The notes beneath the pieces were generated by a model. That model made no database searches, had not been told where the DNA came from, and saw only the letters and a list, made by a program, of their open reading frames with translations. A DNA stretch of 48,679 nucleotides from a virus (taxonomy: Duplodnaviria; Caudoviricetes): IMG/VR virus record IMGVR_UViG_3300033475_000040, positions 1 through 48,679 of that record; one strand, 5' to 3'. Below, in pieces: positions 37,090-45,794 of the stretch. Numbering within the stretch: position 1 is the stretch's first letter; every line of letters begins with the position of its first letter. The position numbers were made by a program, and so were the translations under genes.

Positions 37090-37290
37090 ACTTTCCACCT
37101 AACCACCTAGAGGTGGTTTTCCTAAACTTCCGTATTGGCGAATATGGGACATCTACATATACACCATACAGGTGGTAATGGTGGTAAGGGTGGTTAGAGT
37201 TGGCTTTTTCGTTGGCCTTCCCACCTCTTTCCACCATGGACGTTATTACCACATTTAGGACCGGGTTCAGACCAATTTCTATTACCACCC
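37090..37290. repeat. Iteron cluster, probable replication origin
   Basis: About 10 CCACC/GGTGG-core repeats in both orientations, including three GGTGGT(A/T)A at a 9-bp period (37171-37196), immediately downstream of the helicase. Confidence 0.7.
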
Positions 37291-38552
37291 TATTCATGGC
37301 CTTCTCCCCGCACCCAAACTTTGGCGGCCTTGGTTCCCTTCCAGATCGTCGTTCTTTTCCATCCCTGCTTCTTCAAAACCGATGAAGCCCGCATCTGTTC
37401 GCGCTTTCCCTGACGCTCGGTCGGGATGAACAATGCGTATTCCAAAATTTCGCCTGTGGTGATTTCCGCCCTTCCCGCAGTGAAGGTGGATATCTTGTCG
37501 TCCCACACGTCTTCTTGCTGACGTTCCTCTTGGGCTTTGGCAGCCTGGATCAACGAATCATGTTCCCTAATCCAATGCGCTTGACCCTCGGATTCGCATT
37601 GCGCGGCTTCCGCCCATAACTGTTCGCGGTTCTCCTGTAGCCACTCCAGTTCCACGAACTGGCACCTCACTGGCCAGAACCGTCTGTTGCCCGTAGCATC
37701 ACGCAGATAGTCCGTGTCGTTGGTCGTGCCGATCATCACGGATTGCCGCGGATAGGACAGGAACGTCCGGCCGTATGGCGCGCGGAACCGGTCCACGGAG
37801 CGCGACAAGAATGCCTTGATCACCTCGACCTCTGCGCGGATCAATTGTTCGATCTCAGCGAATTCGACGCACCACGCGCCCTGCAGTCCGAGAGCTGCAT
37901 CCTTCCCTTCAAGGTCGGATGGCAATGAGTCTGTGAAGAACTCCTCACCAAACAGCGTCTTAACGGCAGTTGATTTGCCGATCCCCTGCCCGCCTTCTAG
38001 CACCGGCATATGGTCGAATTTCACGCCTGGCTGGCGCACGCGGCGGACCGCGGCGATCAGGAAGCACGCAGCCACGTCACGGACATAGTAGGTATCCTCG
38101 GCGCCGAACGTCTTTCTCAGCCAATCATTGAGGCGCGGCTTTCCGTCCCACTTAAGACCGTCAAGCCAATCCTTGATTGGGTGGAAACGGCGCATGGAGC
38201 ATACCGAAACCATGGCATCTTCCACGTCACCCTTCTTTGCGGTGCCTGCCCATATGCGTTGGATGTATGACTGCACATGCGAAACATCGGCTGGCCCCCA
38301 TGCGCGTGGGTATGGGCCCGGCATAGGATTGGCGCCGTCGATCGGCGCGGGAGCGGGGTGGTGGATAACGTCGAGGCATTGAAAGTCATCATGGCCGCAC
38401 ATGCCGGACAGTTCCGGGTCGTGCGCAATGATAAGCGTTAGATTCGATATATTGGACAGCACGGCGCCTTTGTCCGAAACCGCGAGCATTTTTCGCAGAT
38501 CAGACAGTCGGCGCTGGTCGTCCAAATTGATGATAGCCGAGCTATCAGGCAT
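37290..38552 (-). CDS. VirE/VapE-family P-loop ATPase (replicative helicase)
   Basis: FHPIKDWL...WDG..R, Walker A GGQGIGKST, FRAPYGR, GTTN and GNRRFWP motifs. Confidence 0.92.
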   Translation of the reverse strand: MPDSSAIINLDDQRRLSDLRKMLAVSDKGAVLSNISNLTLIIAHDPELSGMCGHDDFQCLDVIHHPAPAPIDGANPMPGPYPRAWGPADVSHVQSYIQRIWAGTAKKGDVEDAMVSVCSMRRFHPIKDWLDGLKWDGKPRLNDWLRKTFGAEDTYYVRDVAACFLIAAVRRVRQPGVKFDHMPVLEGGQGIGKSTAVKTLFGEEFFTDSLPSDLEGKDAALGLQGAWCVEFAEIEQLIRAEVEVIKAFLSRSVDRFRAPYGRTFLSYPRQSVMIGTTNDTDYLRDATGNRRFWPVRCQFVELEWLQENREQLWAEAAQCESEGQAHWIREHDSLIQAAKAQEERQQEDVWDDKISTFTAGRAEITTGEILEYALFIPTERQGKREQMRASSVLKKQGWKRTTIWKGTKAAKVWVRGEGHE

Positions 38553-38558
38553 GGGGAG

Positions 38559-39338
38559 TTACCTTGTAAGCAGAGGAGACGCGCGACCCTTTACCAAGGC
38601 CCAGCGGGCAGTCTTTTCGGCATTCACTCGATCCTCAGCGCCGGTCTGCATGATCAGGGCAACGAGGTCGTCTTCGATCTTGTCGAGGCTTTGGCCGATC
38701 TGGTCGGCTAAGCCGCCAAGAGTGGCGGCGGCGGCGCGCAACTGGTAGTGGCGCTGGCCAGGCCGGGCGTTGCGCACACGATCATAGGCATTCTCGATCA
38801 TGATCAGGGCGCGCGTAGAGGCTTCGGCCTTGGTTGCTGGCGCTGGGATGTGGCGCTTCTTGATTGGGGGATTCAGAAGCTTGAGCAGCCACTTTGGCCA
38901 GTCTTCAAGAGTGGTTGGGTTTTCCACTCGGCAGCCAGCCGCAGGCCAGAAAACAATGTAGCCACCCGCGCCGCGAGTATCGACACCAGGCGCAATCTTG
39001 CTCGCAGAATTGCGTACGCCCTCAGCGTGGCGGAATAAGATATGCAAGCCACCAGATTGGGTGTGGTGTGTGCGAGTGATCGGCAGGGAATCTCTAGCTT
39101 CTTCAAGCCATGAATTTCCGCCGTGACGCGGGTCAATGTCGAGAACGTCGATGCCTGACGCTTCGCCGGTCGGGACACCGATCAATGGCCCCGGAGACAG
39201 GCGCCATAGGTCGACCACATCCGCTGGTGTGGTGACAGCATCCTTGAAGCCATGTTTGCACGCAGGCTTTTTATCCCCCCTAACTGGGAAGACGGGGAAG
39301 CGCGCACACAGACGGATCGCGTCATCGACCACGGTCAT
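38559..39338 (-). CDS. Bifunctional primase-polymerase (Prim-Pol) domain protein
   Basis: VFPV...KKP, GIDVLDIDPRHGG, TQSGGLH and GVDTRGAGGY motifs. Confidence 0.92.
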   Translation of the reverse strand: MTVVDDAIRLCARFPVFPVRGDKKPACKHGFKDAVTTPADVVDLWRLSPGPLIGVPTGEASGIDVLDIDPRHGGNSWLEEARDSLPITRTHHTQSGGLHILFRHAEGVRNSASKIAPGVDTRGAGGYIVFWPAAGCRVENPTTLEDWPKWLLKLLNPPIKKRHIPAPATKAEASTRALIMIENAYDRVRNARPGQRHYQLRAAAATLGGLADQIGQSLDKIEDDLVALIMQTGAEDRVNAEKTARWALVKGRASPLLTR

Positions 39339-40132
39339 AGAAGCCTTCCTTCGCGCTGAGCGAATTCAATTGGATGTTTTGCGTGCTTCCTGCAATTGCA
39401 CGAACGGCACGTCAGCTGCAGATTTGACCTATAGTTTGTTCCGCCGCGCGCCAAGGGGATAATGTGGTCAATATGTCCGCGTCCTTTTAACTTGACTTTG
39501 CAATAAGCGCATTTGTCTTTTTGCATCCTGCGGATGTCGGCAATATCGCTCGGTGTATAAGAACCTTCACTTGCTGCCTTACGCGCACGGCGATGGCTCT
39601 CGAGGATGGCTTTTTTATCCTTGTTGTGCCGATTGTATTCGGCAGTATAGGCGATCACCTTTTCAGGATTTTTTTGGCGCCATTTTAATGAATGCAGGCC
39701 CGGGGTCTTTGCACTCCACTGTTTTGCGTATGCCTTGACGTGAGCCTTGTTTCTTTCTCTCCATGAGCGAAGCCCTTCGAGCCGACGTTGATTTCGTTCA
39801 GGATCATTTCTTGTCCGCTCAAGCGCGGCCTTACTTGTGATTTTTTTGCACTCCAAGCAGCCGCCGTCAGATGTGGATCTAAGGCAAATATGCCCCCGAG
39901 GGCACGGCTCATTGGTCGTATAAGTAGGAAGACCCAAGGAAATCGCCAATGCCCTTGGTGTTACCCGGACGATTCCATCCTTCTTGTCTTGCTTATAGCC
40001 ATCCGTGAGGACCTTAATGCAGGCCCTGCAATAACCCGCATAACCATCCGGCTTTGATTTGTTTTTTGAGAAGTGGTCGATTGATTTTTCGACACCGCAT
40101 CTGGCACAGCGTTTTGATGATATGAAAGACAC
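39335..40132 (-). CDS. HNH endonuclease with N-terminal Zn-finger domains
   Basis: KRCARC...CRAC; PCPRGH...CLEC; CAYC...HIDHIIPLARGG...NLQLTCRSCN; probable GTG at 40132. Confidence 0.9.
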   Translation of the reverse strand: MSFISSKRCARCGVEKSIDHFSKNKSKPDGYAGYCRACIKVLTDGYKQDKKDGIVRVTPRALAISLGLPTYTTNEPCPRGHICLRSTSDGGCLECKKITSKAALERTRNDPERNQRRLEGLRSWRERNKAHVKAYAKQWSAKTPGLHSLKWRQKNPEKVIAYTAEYNRHNKDKKAILESHRRARKAASEGSYTPSDIADIRRMQKDKCAYCKVKLKGRGHIDHIIPLARGGTNYRSNLQLTCRSCNCRKHAKHPIEFAQREGRLL

Positions 40133-40157
40133 GATTAATGTTCTCTTTCGTATTAGT

Positions 40158-40670
40158 TTATTCTGACTGCGTGTCACCTGGGTGAGCGGCCTCGATTGCA
40201 GCGATGACGCTTTCCGAGAATGCTTCAGAAGATTCGCGCGACAACCACTGCACAACCGGCGCATATTTGATTTTGTGCTGATCGTCCCGCATCGCTACAC
40301 CATTGGCGTCGAGTTGCGGCCGGCTCGGGAGTGAGGCCCAGCGTTTCCCGTTTCCAGCGTGCACTGCGACATCGGAGACTTTCAAAGATTTGCCGACACG
40401 CACCTCGGCGAAACCCCGAAGGGTGTTTTTCTTGACCTGGCGCCAAGACAATAACGTAACAGGCATTACCGGCTGGCTGTTTGTTTGAGACATGGGGATA
40501 TGTCCTTGGGGTGTTGGAAAGCCGCACTCGCGGCAGGGAGATTCGTTGGTCGGGGTGCCGGGCGTCTTGCACACCCAGCAAATATCGTTCTCGCCATGCT
40601 TGGCGAATGCCTCGTGGAGTGCGAAGCGCTTTTCCGCGGCTGTGGGTTTTGGCTTCGCGTAATGGTTCAC
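40158..40670 (-). CDS. SpoVG-like / ssDNA-binding-like protein with an in-frame upstream Zn-ribbon segment
   Basis: TLRGFAEV...V.DV.VH..NGKRWASLPSRP; CWVC/CREC upstream; alternative ATG at 40493 with AAGGA RBS. Confidence 0.65.
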   Translation of the reverse strand: MNHYAKPKPTAAEKRFALHEAFAKHGENDICWVCKTPGTPTNESPCRECGFPTPQGHIPMSQTNSQPVMPVTLLSWRQVKKNTLRGFAEVRVGKSLKVSDVAVHAGNGKRWASLPSRPQLDANGVAMRDDQHKIKYAPVVQWLSRESSEAFSESVIAAIEAAHPGDTQSE

Positions 40671-41134
40671 AACACTGCGCGCCTATGGGGGATGGACCAC
40701 GTATCCAGGACCTTGGCGACTGCCTCCAGCGTTCGCGCTTCCAGAACTGGAACCTTCGCGCGCGCAAGCTCGATGTGCAGTTCTTCCTGCCCATCGCTCA
40801 GCCTGCCTTTGACGGCCTTGAGCTCGATCTTGTAGGCGAAACCTGCGTAATAAATGTCGATGTCTGGGCAGCCTTTGACGCACCCTCTGGCCTTATTGTT
40901 CGCGCCCTCACGAAGTGAGCGCTTCGCCCTGGTCTCCACGCTGTACCAAATCACGCCTTGCGGACTGCACACACCGGGCTTCGCGATCACGACAGACAGT
41001 AGCTTGGCGACTTGCTTGTGGAAGTCGTCCTCGGGCCGCTTGCGAGGTACGCGTTTGGCCCGCGGCTTCTTCTCCGTGAGCGGGGTCTCCCGAAATTCGG
41101 CGATTGTCTCGGCCAGTGATTTGATGTGGCTCAT
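40667..41134 (-). CDS. VRR-NUC / PD-(D/E)XK nuclease
   Basis: E..FH, G...GCPDI and IELKA.KGRLS..Q motifs. Confidence 0.85.
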   Translation of the reverse strand: MSHIKSLAETIAEFRETPLTEKKPRAKRVPRKRPEDDFHKQVAKLLSVVIAKPGVCSPQGVIWYSVETRAKRSLREGANNKARGCVKGCPDIDIYYAGFAYKIELKAVKGRLSDGQEELHIELARAKVPVLEARTLEAVAKVLDTWSIPHRRAVL

Positions 41135-41138
41135 GGAG

Positions 41139-41396
41139 TTATTCCCCGAGCGCTTTCATATACGTGTCGATCAACTGCTCCTGCTCGGCGCGCTCGTCCT
41201 GATCCATCTTCCGCAACCGCAACACTGTGCGCAGCGCTTTCTTGTCGAACCCAGCGGCAACCGCTTCTTTTAAAATGTCGGATTGGTCGGAACGAAGACC
41301 TTTGATCTCAGCCTCGAGGTTCTCGAACCGCGACACGTATTGGCGAAGTCTCGCCGCAGCGTCGTTGTGGCCGATACCTGGGGTGTCGTTGGTCAT
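41139..41396 (-). CDS. gapR: GapR/DUF2312 nucleoid-associated protein homolog
   Basis: LRQYVSRFENLEAE...I..EA...GFD.KALR..LRLRKMD..ER.EQE..ID.Y..ALG. Confidence 0.9.
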   Translation of the reverse strand: MTNDTPGIGHNDAAARLRQYVSRFENLEAEIKGLRSDQSDILKEAVAAGFDKKALRTVLRLRKMDQDERAEQEQLIDTYMKALGE

Positions 41397-41602
41397 ATCC
41401 TGGACTCCTGTTCTTCGTAAATTGATGCCAGCACTCGAATGCGCTCATCCCACACCGCCTTGCGAATACGGCGCTGGATGCAAGGCTCTGCGGCGTCGAG
41501 AATTTCTCGCATCTTTTCGACATCGATCAGGGCGCCGGCAGTCCGCGCGATCTCTTCAAGCTTACTGGCGCGCCAAACAAATTTCTTTGGCTTTCCGCTC
41601 AT
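41393..41602 (-). CDS. Hypothetical protein
   Basis: ATGA-coupled 69 aa ORF. Confidence 0.6.
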   Translation of the reverse strand: MSGKPKKFVWRASKLEEIARTAGALIDVEKMREILDAAEPCIQRRIRKAVWDERIRVLASIYEEQESRI

Positions 41603-41847
41603 TCCATCTTCTCCACAACCTGATAAGTAACAACGCGCTTAACGACCTTCCGCACGCCGATGACGTTCAACACCGCCTGCGACGGCTCACGGCCGCTCAG
41701 CACTGACGAAAGATATTGCTCGGACACGCCGGCCTGTTCGGCGATCGCGCGTTGCGATTTTGCGGCTCGGACCTTGGCGCGGAGCATGCCGGCGACAGAC
41801 GCGCCGTCGATGGACGCTAAACTTAGCTGGTTAAGTTGTTCGCTCAC
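41599..41847 (-). CDS. Small HTH (XRE-like) protein
   Basis: SQRAIAEQAGVSEQYLSSVLSGREPS. Confidence 0.8.
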   Translation of the reverse strand: MSEQLNQLSLASIDGASVAGMLRAKVRAAKSQRAIAEQAGVSEQYLSSVLSGREPSQAVLNVIGVRKVVKRVVTYQVVEKME

Positions 41848-42185
41848 GCCGCCTCCCTCACAGCCCCCGCGGCCGCGCCAACGATCCGCCGCATCTCGCG
41901 CAGAAACACCGCACCCTTCGCTGTGCGCTTCACCAACACACTGCGCCGGTCCTGCGGGTCATCCTCGCGCCGCACGAGATCCTGCGCTTCCAGCTTGTCG
42001 ATCGCCCGGGTGATGGCGGGCTTATTGACGTTCATCGCCGTTGCCATGCCGCGCACCGTGGGAGGCCCGTCGCAGAGATGGACGGTGAGAAACACGGCCT
42101 GCTGGCGCGCGGTTAGGTCGATGCCGCGGCGGACGATGGCGATGGTGGCGGCGTGGAGGAGTTCGAGGTTTTGATCGAGGGTCAT
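41844..42185 (-). CDS. MarR-family winged-helix regulator
   Basis: DLTARQ...PTVRGMA...KPAITRAIDKL...RREDDPQDRRSVLV..T.KG; ATG at 42185. Confidence 0.9.
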   Translation of the reverse strand: MTLDQNLELLHAATIAIVRRGIDLTARQQAVFLTVHLCDGPPTVRGMATAMNVNKPAITRAIDKLEAQDLVRREDDPQDRRSVLVKRTAKGAVFLREMRRIVGAAAGAVREAA

Positions 42186-42213
42186 GGGGAGGGTTCCTGG
42201 GTTTGGTTGGGGG

Positions 42214-42480
42214 TTAGGCCGCCTCACTCCGGGCGGCCTGCAAGTCGTCAATGGCCATCTGCAATTGTCCAATCGTCACGGCATCCCGCGCGATCAAAGC
42301 CCGAAGCGCTTTGTTCTCAGCATCTTTTGCCAAGCATTTCTCGCTCAGATTCCCGCTCACAATCCGCTCTATGCGGAGATCGTGGTCCAGCAATTTGACC
42401 GTTTTCTCGGCCACACGCAGCGCAGCCTTAAGCTCGGCGTTCTCGCGGGCAGCGTGGGGGCGGCGGAAGAGGCGCATCAT
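42214..42480 (-). CDS. Coiled-coil hypothetical protein
   Basis: MMRLFRRP start overlapping the MTase stop (ATGA). Confidence 0.6.
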   Translation of the reverse strand: MMRLFRRPHAARENAELKAALRVAEKTVKLLDHDLRIERIVSGNLSEKCLAKDAENKALRALIARDAVTIGQLQMAIDDLQAARSEAA

Positions 42481-42977
42481 GCTGCGATCCCCTCCCGCTT
42501 CATGAGAAAGCCCAAGCCGTTGTACTCTGCACGGCGGAGAGCGTTCGCTGCGCGGTGGCCGGCGGAGAAAAGGCAGGTCCCTTGTGCTGGCGAAACTCCC
42601 GGCTTTCCGTCCGCCCCAATGAAGCGAATCTTCTTCGCGACGAAGAGGATCGACGCAGACCGAGGGGCGTAGGCTTGCCACCAGGGCGCGCTGGTGCGGT
42701 CGGGGACCAGAGCGATACCGTTCCCATGATCGAAGAATCTCGCCAGCCACGGAGCAAGGCCGTTGCGCCCACCGAAGGGCGGGTTCATCCAGACAAAGCC
42801 TTGCCACGGCAGAGAAAGGCTCTCAGTGGTTATGAAGCGCCGCGCCGGTATCCACGGGGTCACATCAGCGCCAGGGCTCGACACGTCCATGTCGAATTGT
42901 TCGCCCATAGCGTCGAAGACGTATTTTGGCGTGTACCATTCGTCAGTAGCGCCGATGCTCTGTTCGTGTAGGGCCAT
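42477..42977 (-). CDS. Phage DNA N6-adenine methyltransferase (phage Dam-like)
   Basis: DEWYTP, FDMDVSS, VWMNPPFG and IALVPDRTSAPWW motifs. Confidence 0.88.
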   Translation of the reverse strand: MALHEQSIGATDEWYTPKYVFDAMGEQFDMDVSSPGADVTPWIPARRFITTESLSLPWQGFVWMNPPFGGRNGLAPWLARFFDHGNGIALVPDRTSAPWWQAYAPRSASILFVAKKIRFIGADGKPGVSPAQGTCLFSAGHRAANALRRAEYNGLGFLMKREGIAA

Positions 42978-43243
42978 CAGAACGCCCCCGCAACCGGCAT
43001 TGGCTCGCGACGCGCTTCGTCCAACTCGAGCTTCAACTGCGCGATGACCACAGCATCCCGCGCAGCCTTCGCCGCCAGGGCCTCGTTCACCGCTTTCATC
43101 TCTTCGTTCTCGAGCTTGAGCCGTGCATTCTCAGCAAGCGCATCACTCAGGACGCTCTCAAACTTCAGTTCAAGTTGCCCGACCGTCTCGACCAACTCAC
43201 GGTATTTCGCGGCGGTTACCCACCTATCTTTGAAGAATTTCAC
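42977..43243 (-). CDS. Coiled-coil hypothetical protein
   Basis: 88 aa; shares the ARDAV.I.QL motif with 42214..42480. Confidence 0.6.
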   Translation of the reverse strand: MKFFKDRWVTAAKYRELVETVGQLELKFESVLSDALAENARLKLENEEMKAVNEALAAKAARDAVVIAQLKLELDEARREPMPVAGAF

Positions 43244-43259
43244 GCGTAGCCCCTGTTGG

Positions 43260-43571
43260 TTAGCGGTTAACGGCAGACCTTAGCTTCGCCCGCTCTTCGT
43301 CCAGTTTCCGCGCGAGATCTTCGCAGCGCGCGGCTAATACTTCGATTGATTCCATGGACGGCTGCGTGCGACCCTTGAGCCAGGCGCGCGCCGTATGGTG
43401 AGAAACTGTGTGCCCCAGCCACGAAGCGTCGCGGGCCAATGCTTTGGCAGCATTGCGCCGTTCGCTATATTTCGCGTGCAAGTAGGCTTTGATGATGCTG
43501 CCGAATGAGTGAACCCGATCATTTTCTGTGCGGGTTGTATCAACTTCATTTGTTGTCAGTGCCATGCTCAT
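43260..43571 (-). CDS. HTH regulator (CII-like position)
   Basis: AAKALARDA...TARAWLKGRTQPS. Confidence 0.65.
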   Translation of the reverse strand: MSMALTTNEVDTTRTENDRVHSFGSIIKAYLHAKYSERRNAAKALARDASWLGHTVSHHTARAWLKGRTQPSMESIEVLAARCEDLARKLDEERAKLRSAVNR

Positions 43572-44218
43572 TCCCCTAATCCTTGTGGACAGGAAGGAGA
43601 GATCATGAAGCCTGGGGATACCGAACTGACTAAGCCATCGCAGGAACGTACTGGGGAGTCGCCCTGCGGTGGCGGGAAGTTCAAGATGGCAAAGTCGCCA
43701 TAGTGAGAAATAGCAGCCGCATCATAAGCGCGCGCAGCGGCTTCGGCCGTCAGAAACGAGCCTAAATAGATGCAGCGACTCTCTACTTTGATTTGGGCTA
43801 GGAACGACGAACTGTTTTTCTTCACCGCGACGCCGCGAAACCCCGTCTTGTTGGTACGAGTCCAATTGCTCATGTTCTGTGAGCGAGAGGCGATGCGAAT
43901 ATTAGAGCGGCGATTATTTAGGCCATTGCCGTCGGCATGGTCCACATGAACAGAAGATGACTCGGGATCGAGCAAAAGCCTGTGAAGAAGCGAGGTTTTC
44001 CGCCCAGACGGGGTATAGAAGCCATGGGAATTAATTGCATAACATGTGTTCGGGCCATAACTGGCACTCCACCGAATGGAAGATGCAGCCACAAAGTCAG
44101 CTTCATCCGCCCACGCATACTCGCCGCTCGAAAGGGGAATGCCAATGGCACCATCAGCAGAGAACAAATACTGCCGACCGCGTTTATCGGTCTTGGGGAA
44201 TTGTTTGTGAATGCTCAT
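43568..44218 (-). CDS. HNH endonuclease with AP2 domain
   Basis: LLHRLL...VDHADGNGLNNRRSNIR and GFRGV...YLGSF.TAEAAARAYD motifs. Confidence 0.9.
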   Translation of the reverse strand: MSIHKQFPKTDKRGRQYLFSADGAIGIPLSSGEYAWADEADFVAASSIRWSASYGPNTCYAINSHGFYTPSGRKTSLLHRLLLDPESSSVHVDHADGNGLNNRRSNIRIASRSQNMSNWTRTNKTGFRGVAVKKNSSSFLAQIKVESRCIYLGSFLTAEAAARAYDAAAISHYGDFAILNFPPPQGDSPVRSCDGLVSSVSPGFMISPSCPQGLGE

Positions 44219-44479
44219 AGTCCAGCTTCCGAGAAAAATGGTGCCGGCGCGCTGGATAGCGCAACCGGCACCGAGTTCGCTCTACGAGCATCGGGGGAAA
44301 ACCGAGCGTCGCTATACATCAGGAAAGCCGAAGCTACGCGCAAGCGTGACGCGCCCTGGTCTCGAAAAAAGGATGTGTCCAAACGGATCACGCGCAGCAC
44401 CACCAAATCGCCTGCGCGCCGAAATATCCGAACGCAGCGGCGGCTATCATCGCGAATGCAAAGGACGGCGTGATGCGCA

Positions 44480-44719
44480 TTACCGCTCGATCCATTCGAG
44501 CAGGAGGTTAAAGCCGGTGGTGCCGACCACGATGCCGCAGATCCACTCAATCCAGGCGTTGGCTTGAGGCATAAAGGACATGAATGCCGAAAGGGCCAGC
44601 GCATAGGCGAATGCCAGCAGCAGTCGCTTCAGCGAGCGGCCACGCACAGGCTCCATGCGAAGAGGTGCAGGATCAGAACAGTTGTCAGGGTCAATGCAAT
44701 CATGGGAACCTTGGTTCAT
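44480..44719 (-). CDS. Small membrane protein
   Basis: AGGAG RBS; two hydrophobic segments. Confidence 0.6.
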   Translation of the reverse strand: MNQGSHDCIDPDNCSDPAPLRMEPVRGRSLKRLLLAFAYALALSAFMSFMPQANAWIEWICGIVVGTTGFNLLLEWIER

Positions 44720-44827
44720 TGGTTAGAACTCCTTAGTTTCTAACGCCCTCCCCGCCCGGCACCTTGACGGAACCGAGCGGGGTTGCTTCCGTTGGAGCCG
44801 CAACGCCACCACGGAAAAGGATGAGAA

Positions 44828-45139
44828 ATGACGAAGATTGCGCTTGCAGCAATGCGCCTAGAGAATCTGCCAGTTGCTGAGCTTTCGATACCAAGCGATG
44901 CAAGAATGGCCCCTTGCGGATATCGGGCAACCTTCCACCTCGTGAGTCCAGAATGGGCGCAGAACGCCGCTCTGACGTTTGAACTCCAGCTACAAACCCA
45001 GCCAGCCATTCAGGTGAAGGAACTTCCGACTTACCTACTTGGCTATCTGGAAGGTTTACTTCGTGATAGTCTTGCTGAAGACGGCCCCCACAGGACGGGC
45101 TTTGAACAAGGTCTTGCGGCTGCGAAATCCATATCCTGA
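44828..45139 (+). CDS. Hypothetical protein, counter-oriented moron
   Basis: AAGGA RBS before ATG; 103 aa. Confidence 0.55.
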   Translation: MTKIALAAMRLENLPVAELSIPSDARMAPCGYRATFHLVSPEWAQNAALTFELQLQTQPAIQVKELPTYLLGYLEGLLRDSLAEDGPHRTGFEQGLAAAKSIS

Positions 45140-45220
45140 GGTACGGCTTACCGTTCAGCGGACGCATCGTGTATGCGTCCGCGCTTACCCCAAGGCCGGA
45201 GGAAAAGTGAGCTATATGGT

Positions 45221-45490
45221 TCATTTTGCGTCCCTCGCCTTCGCAAACTCGCGCATGCCCTTTGCGACGCACGATTCCGCCCAAAGCTCTTCCCCCGAAA
45301 CGTGGAAGACTTTTTCGGCGATTTTCGCTTGTCGCATCGTTACAAGCTTGCGCCCGTTGATCAGATTGCTGATCTCAGACGGTTTTAGGCCGATCTTTTT
45401 GGCCGCGGCTTTCTGGCTGCCGGCACGTTTTGTGGCGAGTTCGAGGGCCAGGACCAGTTGCGCGTGAGCGGGAGGGAGAAAGTCAGTCAT
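45221..45490 (-). CDS. XRE-family HTH protein
   Basis: SQKAAAKKIGLKPSEISNLINGRK. Confidence 0.8.
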   Translation of the reverse strand: MTDFLPPAHAQLVLALELATKRAGSQKAAAKKIGLKPSEISNLINGRKLVTMRQAKIAEKVFHVSGEELWAESCVAKGMREFAKARDAK

Positions 45491-45705
45491 GCCGCTTCCT
45501 CTTGCTCGGGCGCAGCGACAATCTTTTGTGCGTCCAGGTACTGACGAACTTTGGTAATCGTCTTGATTGTCATGTTCGCCTCGGCGCGTAGGCGCGAGAC
45601 GAACTTCCCATCATTGACCGCCAGCCTGCCGAACGTTGTCTCGGCTATACCGGTCCGCTCGATATGCCGTTCAATTTCAGCCAGAAGGGATGATTGGGTG
45701 TCCAT
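45487..45705 (-). CDS. cro: Cro-like regulator
   Basis: LLAEIE...GIAETTFGRLAVNDGKFVSRLR motif; divergent from the repressor. Confidence 0.8.
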   Translation of the reverse strand: MDTQSSLLAEIERHIERTGIAETTFGRLAVNDGKFVSRLRAEANMTIKTITKVRQYLDAQKIVAAPEQEEAA

Positions 45706-45711
45706 AGAACT

Positions 45712-45793
45712 GGATAATAATGGGATCTATCCCCCCACGTCAATGGGATTCGTCCCTACTGCCAATCTTTTTTGGGGCGTGGGACAATTCCCC
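45712..45793. promoter_or_regulatory. OR-like region: three operators and the cro promoter
   Basis: TGGGA-N4-TCCC(C/T) at 45721-45734, 45744-45757 and 45780-45793; minus-strand TTGACG-N18-TATTAT spans the first operator. Confidence 0.8.
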
Positions 45794-45794
45794 C

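Noticed and set aside
36995-37297. 100 aa ORF downstream of the helicase
   Set aside because: It overlies the iteron array and its residues (NHPYHHYH, VVI repeats) simply mirror the repeats; translation is not excluded but is unsupported
42477-42977. Restriction-modification system
   Set aside because: Orphan phage methylase; nearby nucleases are VRR-NUC and homing-type HNH, not a cognate restriction enzyme
44733-45284. 183 aa minus-strand ORF
   Set aside because: It fully overlaps the plus-strand ORF 44828..45139, which has an RBS and a more protein-like composition; cannot be wholly excluded
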